Shown: piece after piece, positions 14,701 to 28,030 of the stretch
Position numbering within the stretch: position 1 is the first letter of the stretch
Layout of the letters: every line of letters begins with the position of its first letter
NCBI GenBank assembly: GCA_023231475.1
Contig: JALJEE010001557.1
Coordinates: 1 to 64,000 of the forward strand
Length of the DNA stretch: 64,000 bases
Reading direction: 5' to 3'
Origin: Seison nebaliae
Lineage: Eukaryota
Program-made: the position numbers and the translations under genes
The notes under the pieces: model-generated
Told to the model about the DNA's origin: nothing
Database searches by the model: none
The model's input: the letters and a program-made list of their open reading frames with translations, nothing else

Positions 14701-15070
14701 CTTTCTACGTAGCACGATAACGATGAGAAATATTAATGGGAAAAACATTCACACACATGTCAACAAAAGCGGAAAATTTAAATTTGAAAATAGAAAATTT
14801 CTAATAATAATTATCTCATTTTTTCTTCTTCTCCAATAAACTCGTATGAAACATCTTTAATAAACAACAATAAGTTAAGCTTGAAATATTTATTTTTTTC
14901 TCATAACATAAATTTCGAATTATTAGCCCTCAAATTTGGTCGTGTACAGACGGAAATAAAATTAATCACTTATCAATCGCTCCTAAATACTGTTCTTGTC
15001 AAATCTCCTCCAAAGTAGGCGCATCAGTTCATATAATTTTATTACTTACGTAAAAATTGTAGGCGTAAGT

Positions 15071-17900
15071 ATGTCGTCCGGCTTACAAGTGAGTCGACGC
15101 TCGAAATATTCGAAGCTTGTGCCAAATACTCAAAAAGATTTTAACGTTAACGATCTCGTACTGGTGAGTGTGAAAGGATATCCAATTTGGCCTGGAAAAG
15201 TTACTGATTTTCTCCTATTAAAATATTCCATAAATTCTCTTTCATCACAATTTGTTTTTTGGGAATTCACTTCTCAAATTTCTCTTTTTCAAATACAATT
15301 ATGAAATTTATATTTTCGGAAATCACATACGTAATTTGTCTTTTTCAAATACAATTATGTGAATTGAATAGATTGAAGAGCAAGTGGAAATAAAAGGGAA
15401 GAAAATTGGGAGATATAAATGTCGATTTTTCGGAACGAATGAAACGTTAGAAATTTCACATTATCTTTTAAAAATTTTATTTTCTTTTTCAGATTGATAA
15501 CTGGATATCGTCGAGTTTATGATTATCAGACATTCACTCATTTATTAAATGAGAGAGATAATCGGAAATTTTTCCAATTAGCATTATGGCAAATCAAAAA
15601 CGATCCATTTGATAGATTATCGAAAGATGAGCAAGCAGAAAAGTTCGAGGAATATATGAAAGAAAGACGACCAACACTCGAAGAAGTTGAGGTGAGGAAA
15701 ACGTCTATGGTGGAAATTAAAGAAGAGAAATTAGACGAAGAAGAAAAACGAGAATTGGCAGAGAAAGAAAATGATAAAAATTTCACACAAAATTTCGAAG
15801 AAGAAAATGTGGAAACGAGACCAACAGAAGGAGGGAATTTAATAGAGAATGTAACAACATCATCAACGTCTGATCATCGAAAGCGAAAACGGAAAAATTT
15901 GGTAAATTCAGATTATTTCGATGATTCATCCAACGATATCGTTCATGATGATAATGATGAAGATTTCGTCTTGAATTCTCATGAGAAGAAAAGGAAGAAA
16001 GAAAAGAAAAAGAAGGATGAGAGAAAATTATCGATAAGTAGAAAGAAATCACAAAAATCGAAATTACCTCAATCATCTGTAATGGAATCACCTACGAATA
16101 ATAAATTTAATCGATGTAAAAATATTTCAGATTTATTGAATGATAATAATGTTGAAGAATGTTCGAAGGATGAGGATATGAATATGAAGATTAATGTAGT
16201 TGTTCATCAGAATAATGATAATAAATTCAATGGAATGAATATTCAAATAAAAGAAGAGAAAATTGATCATGAGATAAATTATGAAAATTTACCGGAAAAG
16301 TTGCCATTCCATCAAAACGTTGAAAGTTTATCACAAAACGAAAATTATGAGAATTTAGAAAATTCAAAAAAAAAGAACAACTCAGAAAATTTAACAAAGA
16401 AAAGAAATTCGTCAAAGAAGAAAAATTATGAGAAATTGTCCAAATCGAACAATTTAGATAATTTAGTAGATGAAGAAAATTATGGTTTTTTGTTGAATAA
16501 TCGATCTGATGGAAATTTATCGGAAAAACAAAATTTCGAAAATTTACCTGACAATGAGAATATTGGAGGAGATTTATCAGAAAAACAAAATTTAGGAAAT
16601 TTATCTCAAAATGAAAATTTCGGAAATTTCTCAGAAAATCAGAATTGCGATAATTTAGGAGAAAGGAAGAAGGATGAAGATGATGAAGATTGCGATGTGA
16701 TATTTCAACCAATAATTGATTTGACAGATCCTGAATATGATAAACCGTTGTCACCGTCAGCATATGTTGAAGATGAGAAATTGATGAGGAAGAATTTGAA
16801 AATAAAAGAAGAGAATGTTTTATTTGAAGAGATGAAGAATGAAGAAGTGGGGGAGAATGATGAAGAAAAGCCGATTATTAAGAAGACGATTATACCAGAT
16901 CGTGATGGTCCCGTTGTCATGACATTAGATAAGGATCAACCATACGTCCGATATTTTAGTAATTATAAAGATAGTTTCGCTTTGCGTCAACAAGCGGCGA
17001 GGAGGAATGACGAACGAGTTTTGACTTTGAAACAAATCGAAACGTTTTTCGCTCAAAATGTTCAACCAGCAATCGGGAATAATCTCTCGTATTATATGAG
17101 AAATAAATTGAAGAATTCGACAATGTTGAAAGCGGTTTATGGGAAATTCATCGAGAGAACATCAAATCAACGAAAACGGAAAAAGAAGGAACCACAAGAC
17201 AAATGTAATAAAGATTCACCGGAGAATAAAAAGAATACTTTGATCGAAGTAATGTTAGAAGAGAATCGAGCACAACAAGCAAAATTACGCGAACGACAAG
17301 CAACTGGTACGACTACTAATCGAACATCATCAAAAACAAAAACGACGAAAACGAATAAAGTGCCAATGACAAATTATCAGAAATCAGCAGATGTCAAAGG
17401 AATTTATCGTTTTGAAGAATGGAATCAATTGAATGATGTTTTGAGAGATAATTGTTTTTTAGCTGCGAAAACAAATTTATTTTCTATTCGAGAAAGTGTT
17501 CTCACATTGAGTGAGACTTATGATTTTGCTAATATTCCCGTTTTCCATAAATCGTTAGATGGAAAATTTCTGGAAACGATCATCCTCCAATATCTGATGA
17601 GAATCGACGGAATTATCACAATTGAAGTTAATTTTTTGAAGTTTTTTTTTAAAAATTTATTTCAAACATTTCTAGTCGGAAGATGAAGAAGATGAATTGA
17701 TTATGATTCTGAGAGGATTATCAGAGGTGTTGAATTGGAACGAAATTAAAGAGAATGTTCGTCTCTCACCACAAATCGTTAAGAGATCTGTTCTAATTTT
17801 TGAGAAGCATGCACATTTGTGTCATTTGAACGATACGATTGGAGATCTGTTTAGTCAAATAGAAACGGAATTGGAGACTCTTGGTGAAAACGAAGAATAA
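15071..17900 (+). CDS. PWWP-domain chromatin protein (HDGF/LEDGF-like N-terminus), 4 exons
   Basis: Spliced N-terminus DLVLVSVKGYPIWPGK/IEE...YKCRFFGTNET is a PWWP domain. It is followed by Lys-rich NLS-like and Asn/Glu-rich repeat regions. Introns start near 15200, 15445 and 17627. Confidence 0.75.
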
Positions 17901-18436
17901 TTTGAAATTACAATTAACTTACCGTTTTTTATTCAAGGAAATTCGCGAGTCGTCTTCTTGTTGTTGTATATTATGATTAAATGAATAAATGAATATCATT
18001 AATTCAAAATAATTTTCCTATCAACAAATTTCTTATTTTATTATGAAACGCAAATCGTAATTCTCCATGAGATTTTAATATTCTTCATTCACCATATAAT
18101 TCTAATGATCTATTAATAAACGTTTCCTCATTTCTTCTTATCTTATTATTATCCATTCGACCACATTACTAATCAGAAGTTAATACTGTGGAAACGGATA
18201 AAATTAAAAAAATGTTTCTTTCAATTTTCAGATAGTAAAAAGGAATTTATGTAAATTTAGGAGATGATTCATGGAGAGGAAGTAAAGGTGAAGGTAATTA
18301 ATGTTTATGGGAGAACAGCTGAAGGAATTATCAGATGTAATTGATAAATGGAAAATTTTATGAGGAATTTCTTCGGAATAATTCATCGATTATAATCGAA
18401 CAAAAGTTTCATTTCATTGAACAGAACATTTATGTA

Positions 18437-18988
18437 ATGAATTGGACTTATCATCATCTTCATCGGTTGACATGGTGTGGAGATTCATCCACTTCCATCT
18501 ACGATAATGTTCCGACGAAAAATGTCGATGAATTATCATGTTTATCTTTTCGAGATAAATTACAAATGTTCGACGGATCCACCGAAATATTCAAAACGAA
18601 TTACGTGACAAAAAAGAAATTGTTCCGTCCACTCACTAAACGAGATGGGAATGATCAGTCGATAAGGAAGATGAATGGAAAGAAAAATGGTTTTAAGGAA
18701 AATTGGAAAAAGTTTGAAGAGATTTCCAATCGACGCAATTCCACCATCGAATTAAGAGGAACTTTAAAATTACCATCAAATGTCAATAATATTTTCAATC
18801 AATTGGTGAGAATTTCAGAAGAAAGACATGAACGCTTATCACCCGAACCATATCAATCGGTGGATATTTTAAAAGTTTTCGAAGGAGAAACAATTGAGAA
18901 GGAAAGTGAAGGAGAAGAATTTATCAGAATGTCACCAGCATTCATCTCTCTCCATCGTTTATATCGACCAGAGAAATTTAATTTATAA
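18437..18988 (+). CDS. Hypothetical protein (start uncertain; upstream exons possible)
   Basis: Open frame of more than 180 codons with normal composition, convergent with MCU. No family recognised. Confidence 0.45.
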   Translation: MNWTYHHLHRLTWCGDSSTSIYDNVPTKNVDELSCLSFRDKLQMFDGSTEIFKTNYVTKKKLFRPLTKRDGNDQSIRKMNGKKNGFKENWKKFEEISNRRNSTIELRGTLKLPSNVNNIFNQLVRISEERHERLSPEPYQSVDILKVFEGETIEKESEGEEFIRMSPAFISLHRLYRPEKFNL

Positions 18989-19214
18989 AAAAAAAATTAT
19001 ACTGAAACAATTTATTTCTGAAAACGTTTTTGTTTTTTTTTCACAATAAAGACAAACGAACGGAAAATTAAAGACAAAAAATATGTTTTTTCTTTCGAAC
19101 CCAAAACTTTCTTTTACGTCGAATGTTCTTATAAAAAATAAATTAAAAAATTTCATGATATTTGAAGATGGAAGTTAAACACGAGAAAAGAAATGGACAT
19201 GAAGAGTGTGAAAG

Positions 19215-20423
19215 TTAAAGTTGTTTGTCGACTGTTTTGGGTAAGGCGGAAATGAGAGAATCAGGTTTCGATTTCGGTTTTAATGGTTGGATACCTAGAG
19301 GTGGAGGAACGGGTAGTTGGAAGATGAGAGGATCTCTCAATCGACATAGATCATTTTCCAATTGAAATATTTCATCTTTCAATTCATTGTATTTTTTGAT
19401 ATCTAATGTCGTTTTAGAAATCAGTCGATGGAAATGACCGAGGTATATTCGGTCACCGGCCGAATCATAAACATAATCAGATTTGGTAAGAAGATAATAT
19501 GCGTAAGCTGACATTAATCCACCATACGTCACGAAATATGTTACAGGCTCGACAATGTCCCACGAATATTCCCACCAAGTGAGTCGTGCTAGAAGTCCGG
19601 TTTGGAAGGCCATCACTCCCATAAAAAGCCAAACGATTCGATTGGTAAATTTTCGTGATTTCCTATGTAACTCCTTACAAGCACTATCCATTGGTGCTAC
19701 TTCACTTTTTAATTCTTCTAATTTCTTCATCAATTCTTTCTCCTTCTTTATCTGATGTTCACTAACACTGAGTCCTACGTATAATTTATTGACTAATGAT
19801 CGGACATCATCAACAGCGAATTGATTAATAGAACTATTCGTTTCTTGACTATCGAATAATTTGATTTGGGGTGGAACGGTTACGTCGAATGCATCACGGT
19901 TTATGATTAAACGAAAATCGTTGAGGAGTAATGTATCAACAGAAGTCGATCCAGCCAATCGAATATTTTTATCATTATAAATGGCAATATAATCAATTCC
20001 AGCATCTTCATTTCTGATATTTGTACATAACGTTTGAACAGTATCGCTAATTGGTCTTAAAACGAATCGACAATATTCTCGTCGCGATGGTAACGGCACT
20101 ACAAGTATTGGCGTACCTGATTGTTCTTCAATTGTTAATTGACGAACATTGTCTAATGAATAACCATTAATTTTATTATTATCTACATCGTCACTGTTGT
20201 TGTTGTTATTATTGTTGTTGTTGATGTTGTTGAGGAATGAAGTGGTAATTAATTGACGTTGATTAATGAAAAGAAGTTGAGGTAAAAGAATTTTATATTT
20301 AGCAGACAATATTAATTGTTGTTGTTGTTGTTGTTGTTGTTGATGTGATGATGGAGTGAGAAGATGATTAGATAAATAACGAGAAGAATTTGAAAAGATT
20401 TTATGATATTTGGACATCATCAT
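19215..20423 (-). CDS. MCU: Mitochondrial calcium uniporter pore subunit (intronless CDS)
   Basis: VPLPSRRE.C.F.LRP N-terminal domain, and two TM helices around LARLTWWEYSWDIVEPVTYFVTY (DIME-type filter). First ATG at 20423. Confidence 0.95.
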   Translation of the reverse strand: MMMSKYHKIFSNSSRYLSNHLLTPSSHQQQQQQQQQLILSAKYKILLPQLLFINQRQLITTSFLNNINNNNNNNNNSDDVDNNKINGYSLDNVRQLTIEEQSGTPILVVPLPSRREYCRFVLRPISDTVQTLCTNIRNEDAGIDYIAIYNDKNIRLAGSTSVDTLLLNDFRLIINRDAFDVTVPPQIKLFDSQETNSSINQFAVDDVRSLVNKLYVGLSVSEHQIKKEKELMKKLEELKSEVAPMDSACKELHRKSRKFTNRIVWLFMGVMAFQTGLLARLTWWEYSWDIVEPVTYFVTYGGLMSAYAYYLLTKSDYVYDSAGDRIYLGHFHRLISKTTLDIKKYNELKDEIFQLENDLCRLRDPLIFQLPVPPPLGIQPLKPKSKPDSLISALPKTVDKQL

Positions 20424-21369
20424 TTCTTCTACTTTTCTTCTCAATAAAAATTGACTCAAATAAATATTAATTGAAGAGTGACTTCATATGAATTTGTTTG
20501 GAATTGTTCGATTTATTTTATTGCTGAGATCAGTTCTTAGGAGATTGACATCGGATCATTCATTCAGATCTTTCAACAAATGATAATTATTAAATGTGTA
20601 GAAGAAAACTTTCATTCACCGAAAAGAAAGATTAGTTTGTGGAAGAAGAAAATTTATCAGTGGGAGGTGGCAGTAGATAATTTTGTTTTTCGAAAGATAA
20701 TTTGTATTATTCCCACTTCTCCTCCTTTCTTCCGTCAATGGAGAAAAGTAATCGAGTATATGGAGGAATAGAGCAACAATCCTTTCTTCTCCTTTCCAAA
20801 TTCTCCTTTATTCTTTTTTGATCATTGACGTTCGGGGAAATACAGGAACCTACGGACATTTATTTCTCTCCCTATTCCGCGTATAGTTATTGTTGTTTAA
20901 TCAAACATAAAATATACCGGTCTATTTGAAGAAACTTCTTCGATACAGGAAAAAAATAAGAAAAATTAATTTATTCGAATAACTATATATATAAAGATAT
21001 ATCAGATATATTTCTATATCGAATTATTCTCCAAAAAATAGAAATTAAATAATAATGGACTTACCATTAATTATTGTTCGTTTCGGTTCTATGACTATTC
21101 TTCCTTTATTTAATTATACTACCAACAACTCACTTATCGATTTGATTTATTGAAAAAAAAAAAATGTTTTCTTTACACAAATGAAATGGAACAAGGTCAG
21201 GAAACATCGAACACATTCTCTTTTGTATATTTAACCTTACGTCCTTTTCCTTCCATGAAATTTCTTGATTAAATTACATTTTTAATTCATCATTTACAAG
21301 AGTAAGACTTATAATTTAATTGAATGGGATTATGAAGATAAGATGGGGAAATGAAATTAATTTTCTTTT

Positions 21370-21384
21370 GTTGCTCTTGGTTAC
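21370..21384. promoter_or_regulatory. X-box-like motif GTTGCTCTTGGTTAC upstream of the coiled-coil gene
   Basis: Imperfect RFX palindrome about 240 bp before the ATG at 21625. Confidence 0.35.
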
Positions 21385-21624
21385 GGGAACATCATTTTGT
21401 CTTTTTAGTTTCTTCGAAGAATGTCGATGGTTCGTAGAATACGTTGTTATAATGAATGTGATTGTTAAAATGAAGTGATTGAAGGAATAAATTGAATTAA
21501 TCCGTATGGGAATTCAATCGATTTCTTTTATTTCGAAACAATTTTTATATAATTATTTAAATTCTTATTGTTCAAATTAAAAGATAAACATTTTATTCAA
21601 TATATATATAATTATATATATATC

Positions 21625-24183
21625 ATGACGAATGAGTATGGTTTTCGTTCTCAAGGTATGTCGAAAGAGTCGTCATATTTGAACATGAGAGAACCACATC
21701 GATCCATCGTCCCTTCCAGTAAATTGCCGATAAAGCATTTGTTACGATTAGATGACGATTCAGAAGACGACTTACGATTTGATCAGTTGATAGGACAAAA
21801 CTTTTCCCGTTCGTCCAAAATCGATCAGAATGAGGAAGTTGAAGTTTATGATGATGATTTGGTGATATTGTCGGAAGGACCGAACGATAATAATTCTGCT
21901 AATATTATCGATTCGATTAATATGGATATCTTCCAAGATGGTATGAATGATAAGGATCCAAATAGTTTTAGTGATATGTCATTTACGGAAACGGAACATA
22001 TACCAGGTGACGGTCGTCGTAAAAATAATAATGATAATTTTAGGAAAGCATTACATGCTCCCGTGCCAACTGAACAGAATTATATTCAAAAGAATCTCCA
22101 TAAGAAGATCGGAGAGAATATGAAGAGGATGTCGAAATACCATAATTTATCTCAATTGACACCCGAATCTCGAATTAGTACACGAACCGTTAGTACGACG
22201 AGCAAGTTAAGTGCTACGGGAATGGAATATAAGAAGATGTTTGAAGAAGCTCATGAGAGAGGTTAGGATATTAATGGAAAACTATAAATTTTATTAGAAA
22301 GTCAAGTGATGAATTTATCTAGAGAACATGCTGACATCCCACCAACTACTGATCACGTACCAAGAGTTCTTTCTCTTCTTCTAATATTTTAAAAATTATT
22401 TAAATTTATTTTCAAAAGAAAAAATCGAGTAGATCCTCGTCGAAGAGTAGAGAGGAAGAAGTAGTGAAATTTGTAAGTAAACAAATTCTTAGTGAGATTC
22501 AATCGATGAGACAAGATATACCAAAAACATCTGATAACGAATTACAGGAGGAATTATTGAAAGATACAGAAAATACGATTACGACATTAGAAGAACGTCT
22601 TCGTGGTTTAGAAGATAAATTGATCTCTAGTGAACAACAGAAAGCGATCGAAATAACGAAAGTGAAAGTTCGAATTTTTAGGATATCATCAATAAGATCT
22701 TTAAGAAGAATGAGATGAAAATGCAGAATGGTGAAAAAGAACGAGAATTAGCGAAATTGAGGACGGACAATGAAATCCATTTAGTTGAATTAGAAACACT
22801 TCAAAAACAATTAAAGTTAAATTCAAATTGTTTAATTTGAATATGAAATGAGAATAATTTGAGAATAGATGTAAACAGAAGGAAGTGTTAGAATTGAAGA
22901 ATTTGCAACGATCTTCTGATCGACAACGAAGGAAACAACGAGAAGATTTCGAAAATAAAATCAACGATGAAGTCATTAATTGGAATAATAAAGTTAACGA
23001 GAATCGTTTCGGAAGTGAATAAAATTTTCATAAATTCAGTTACATAATGCGAAACATGAAGGAGGGATGTTAATGAAGGAAACTAAAGATGAATACGAAT
23101 TATCGATGAAGAAGATAAAGGAAGAACATAAGGAGAACATGGGAAAATTAGAGGAGAAATTTCGACGTGAAATGAATGAAAGAGAAAATGAATTGAATGG
23201 AAAGATTTCGATATTGGAAAAGAAAACGAATAAATTGGAACAGGAATTAACTTTTACGAAAGACAAGTTAAAAGTGGAACATCAAAAATATGAGAATAAA
23301 CTCCAACAAATAAAAGATGAGGCCGATCGAGAAATTTCAGAAGCGGTTCGAATGAAACGCGAAGAATCGATTAACGCGATAAAGAAGGAGAGTGCAAAGA
23401 AAACGGTTTCCTTCCATGAAATATCTCCATTAATTCCATATGTTGTTTAGCAATTGTTTGAGAAGGAGAAAAGAGAGTTGAAAGAGGAACATACAAAAAA
23501 ATTAAATTCGTTCGCTCAGGAAACAGATAACCGAGTAAAAGCCGTCGAACAAATGTTGGAAGAGAATGAAAAGCAAATTAATGACTATAAGAATAAAATA
23601 GTGGAATATGAAATTAAAGTGAGTAACAAAGAAAAGGAGTCGACCAATTTGGAAAACAAAATAAATTATATGTCAGAAAAGTACAAGAAAATTACTCAAC
23701 AACTCAAATATCAGAGTGAGGAGCGAATTGAAGTTTTCTTAAATTTCTCTCAAAATTTTTATTTCTTGGATTATAGGAAGAACAACAATTGAATTTATTG
23801 AAAAAAGAAAATCAAATTTTACACGAATCAAACAAAGAATTAATAAAGAAATTCGAAACTGATGTTAGTGAGAATTTGATGAATGTGATTGACTATTGGT
23901 CAATTTCTAGAAAGAATTATTAAAGAAAGATTTCCAAGATCAAATTGTCAACAGTTTCCCAACTTCGGTCAAGAAGAATTTGGACGATACCGTTTTTCTA
24001 TTGAGAGAACAGATTCAAGCGTTGCAGGGACATCTGAAAAAGTCTAAATCTCCAACACCTAAACATCTAGTGACTGATAAAGGGAATGTGGTACCGAAAC
24101 CGATTTGGTTAGATGAGAGGACGTGCAAAAAGCGAGAAACTCCTGCTGGATCGGGAAGAAGTTCACGTAAAAGCAAACAATGA
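21625..24183 (+). CDS. Long Glu/Lys-rich coiled-coil protein, 9 exons; possibly centrosomal or ciliary
   Basis: ORF fragments join in frame across 8 short GTT..AG introns. Heptad-rich composition; no specific family recognised. Confidence 0.7.
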
Positions 24184-24429
24184 TTAATTTGTCGTGCTTA
24201 TAAGTTATCAGAAACATTATCAATACTATATCTTGTTACTTATCATTTTTACCTCAAAATAAAATGAAATCATTCAAAAATTAGGAAGTCAGTATTTATG
24301 ACTAATAAAATAAATTCAAGTTTATGAAAAAGTTTTTTCGATTGTCAATTATTGTTGGCTAATATTTAAGATGAAATTAGATAGATTAAATTTTTTAATT
24401 CTCATATTTTAGTGGAATGGTTAATGGAA

Positions 24430-25492
24430 TCAATATAATGCTACAAATGTAACATCATCTGCAATTTGAACTTGATCTATGAGATATATTGAGCAGAATT
24501 AAAATGAGATTTAAAAAGTAGGAACCTCTAGTACTGTAAATAGGTCCACACGAGTATAAGATATAATCAGCTTCATATGGTCTTGGATCATATTCGTTAT
24601 GTCTATAGTAACAGGCACCAGTGGTAGAGACGATTGATATTACGATACTATCAGTATCACAAGTTACACAATTCGTTATGAATGACAATGGTCTTTTTCC
24701 GTTACTAGATAAAGTAAAATTATAAAAGAATAAAGAATAACGAACTCAAATAAATGTTCTTCATTATAATGGGTGGAATGAATTGCTCCTAAATCATATG
24801 GTTCACACCCTGGAGCAAAAGGTCCAATGGCATATTTGATATGTTGTATACGGAACCAACGAGTGTTATCAGATTCCTCCTTATTATTCTCAAAAATAAA
24901 TCTTGCCATAACATGGTCATTTTTATGGAAATCGAGTTGTATCTACAAATAATCGGTTAAGAGTTTATTATGGACGTCATTATGGAAAAATAATTGATAG
25001 TAACGTATTCGAAATTAGCGAATGGCATAGAAAGTAATTGAGATTTATATCGTCTACTAAAATTTAACGATATTGTACCGACCGGTTCGTCTATATCATG
25101 TCCGTCATTAGTCTCCCATCTGTCAGGTAAGGAAGGTCCTTTTTCGGTTATACTTCTACCTAATATTACATCTAATGAAGTTTCTTCAATTATTTATTTT
25201 TATCATGAATATTATAACTTTGATAAATGATGAATACATCTCCTTCTCTTATACAAGTGAATCCAAAATCATTTGATCGTTTAAAAGCTTTCTGTTTCAC
25301 ATCACAAATCTGATGATCATCATTCACAAATTGTCTCAATTTCACAATATCCACATTGGCACTCAACATTACAACACAATTAGTGCATGAGATATCATTG
25401 GAAGAGAGTCCTCGAGCGATAGCACTAGCTAACGATGTCGCTGATGAGTATTGAGTTAAGAGAAAAATCCAGTAGCAAATTTCGAAAAACAT
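24430..25492 (-). CDS. Secreted Cys-containing protein of unknown function, 5 exons
   Basis: Hydrophobic signal-peptide-like N-terminus. Four GTT..AG introns join the ORF pieces in frame, ending ...DDVTFVALY*. Confidence 0.65.
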
Positions 25493-26048
25493 TTGGAAAA
25501 TTTTATATCGGAATTCTATTCAAATGGATTCTATTAATAGTGGAAAGATTTTATTCTCAATATAAGATATTGATTTTCTATTTCATATTGATGATGTCGA
25601 AGAGCATGCAATCGTTAAGTCCTAATAGTCATATGATAAGAATTTTAACTGTGTTGATGAATTGATTTCGGTTTCAGAGAGAATTTTCTATTCATTAAAT
25701 TTTATTGATAATCAATTGTTGTTTAGATTGATTATTTTATTTCATTCATTCAATTATTTTATTAAATTTATTTCTAATAAATTTTTAAAAGAAATGGTTA
25801 TGTAATTTTCGAAATTCACCCTATAGTCATGGTGATACGAAGTGCGAAGGGAAATAGTTTACTTCGTTTCCCTTTTAATAATTGAAATAATTCCAAATAT
25901 AGAACCGTACGAAATCGTGATTCCTTAATCACGAAGGAACTTTTTTTTTGAAGTCCTTTTCCTATGAAGTCCGGACAAAAAGCTAGTAGGGTAATATTAT
26001 GGGGCTATGAGACGAGGTACGAATTTAAGGAGGTATGTCAAACATTTA

Positions 26049-26143
26049 GTACGAAGTGAGAAAGGTATGAAATGAGAAAGGTACGAAATGAGAAAGTACT
26101 AAGTGGGAAGGTACAAGGGAAGAAGGTATGAAGTGGGGAGGTA
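26049..26143. repeat. Degenerate 15-16 bp tandem repeat (consensus approximately GTACGAARTGAGAAAG), about 6 units
   Basis: Units: gtacgaagtgagaaag / gtatgaaatgagaaag / gtacgaaatgagaaa / gtactaagtgggaag / gtacaagggaagaag / gtatgaagtggggag. Confidence 0.8.
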
Positions 26144-26347
26144 AGTAATTTTAATGAAATTTTATTTTTTACAAAATTGATGCTCCGAGGATGTTCTTCT
26201 CGGACGATGAAAGTTCTGTAACATTAATGTCTGACTTGAGTCCTTTCTTTTCTTGAGAAGGAAATAAGATAACTCACTAGTATTAGATAAGTAGAAGAAA
26301 CATTATCGCATTTAAGAATCATTACTTAAAAAACTTACTCCAAGTTT

Positions 26348-26436
26348 CACGGGGACACACATGATAATGACGGTAGGACATATATGAAATCCCGTGTAAC
26401 CCCGTGTAATCCCGTTTGTAAAGGGTTAACCCTTTA
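26348..26436. mobile_element. Possible DNA-transposon relic: CCCGTGTAA repeats and a perfect palindrome TAAAGGG-TTAA-CCCTTTA resembling piggyBac-type ends
   Basis: 18-bp palindrome at 26419-26436 centred on TTAA; CACGGG/CCCGTG inverted repeat. No transposase and no partner end found in the window. Confidence 0.35.
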
Positions 26437-26894
26437 GAATGTCTAGATTAACAAGTTAAAAAATTTTAATTTAACAATTTAATATTTCCTTAATACTGTT
26501 GTGGCTCCGTATTGTCACCGAAGAAGGTTTTGTTGAGATTTACAGAATCCATAGTTATTGAGTAGAGAACGATTTAAGATTCGAAAAGATACGTTTATTG
26601 TCTTCAATAAAAGAAAGATTTATTATTATTATTTTTTAATTTTTTTCTTCTTTTTTTTCACACTCGCCTCTTCAGCTTGTCTTTTCTGAAATCCTGCTTC
26701 AGTTCACCAACGCCAAGACAATACAATTTGCAAAATCATCGAAATAAATGATCATTGTTCATTTCAAACGCGTATTGAAACTAATAGCTTCAAAACTTTC
26801 CTATTTTACTACTTATTAATTGAAAGGAATAATAATTTATTTTTGTTCGTTTTTCGTTAAGAGACTTCCACAGTTTCTCACAACTCGTCTTATC

Positions 26895-28030
26895 ATGACT
26901 TTAGTTGAGAGGAATGAAATAAAAAGATTACTAAAGTTGAAGAATGTGGAAGTTGTTCGCCAATGGTCGATGGGCGGAGTGTTCGATAACTGTATATTGA
27001 AGACGGACATCGGTAAACTGTTCGTGAAGAAGAGTAATAATTATACAGCTCCGAAGATTTTGCATGCGGAAAAAGAGAGTTTAGATGCATTGATTCAAAC
27101 AGAATTATTCCGAGTTCCTAACGTCCATCTGGTTTTCGAAAATTTCGGTAATTGTTATATCGTCATGGAATATCTGGAGGATTTGAAGTCGTTATCGATC
27201 GGTAACCATCGAATATTTGGACGACAATTAGCTTTGTTTATTCTGATTTGTTCATTAAATTCACATTATTATTTGTGTAGATTGCACAAACATAACTGGG
27301 ATTTGATGGATGCGAAAGATGATCGGGCAGTTCTCAGATATGGTTTCCATACGGACACCGCTTGTGGTACATTGATGCAGAATAATGAATGGGGAGATAA
27401 TTGGGTTGTTAGTTGTCGAAGGATAATTAAGTGAATATTCAGTTTTCATTTTAGAGATTTTACGAGAAGAAATTAAAACAAGTAACTGACTATATATTAA
27501 TCAAAGTTAGTTTAAGTAGTTTTCGAATGGAAGTGAAAAATTGCAGGATAAACATGCACATCTTCAACAACTGATTAATAAACTAACGAAAATATTGCCA
27601 AATTATTTTGGCGATTACAAAAACTTAGGGAAAAGTATAAAACCTTCACTACTTCATGGGGATTTGTGGTCAGGCAATGTGGGAACTGTTGGCAACGAAA
27701 TATGTTCAATTTCTTCTTTACTCGTCTTTGACATTGTTGTTTTAGCGTTATATGATGCAGCTTGTCTTTATGGACATCATGAATTTGACTTAGGAATCGG
27801 TTATATGTTTGGACCCAATTCACCAGCTATGATATCTGCATATTTCGAAGTGATACAAAAGATGCCGATGTTTGAGAAAAGGAAACCATTATATGAAGTA
27901 TTCCATCACTTAAATCATTGGTTATTTTCAATCAGTTGCCTCACATTACCTTTTATTTAGGGCTCATTTCGGTCGACAATATGAAATCGATAGCATATCA
28001 TTATTGGAAAGATTAATTGCAAATGCTTAA
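26895..28030 (+). CDS. FN3K: Fructosamine/ketosamine-3-kinase family protein, 6 exons
   Basis: LFVKK, YIVMEYL, YGFHTDTACGTLMQNNEWGDNW, PSLLHGDLWSGN, YDAACLYGHHEFDL, HHLNHWAHFG. Confidence 0.9.

Noticed and set aside
15283..15360. Direct repeat tctttttcaaatacaattatg in the first PWWP intron
   Set aside because: A simple local duplication that lengthens the intron; no sign of function.
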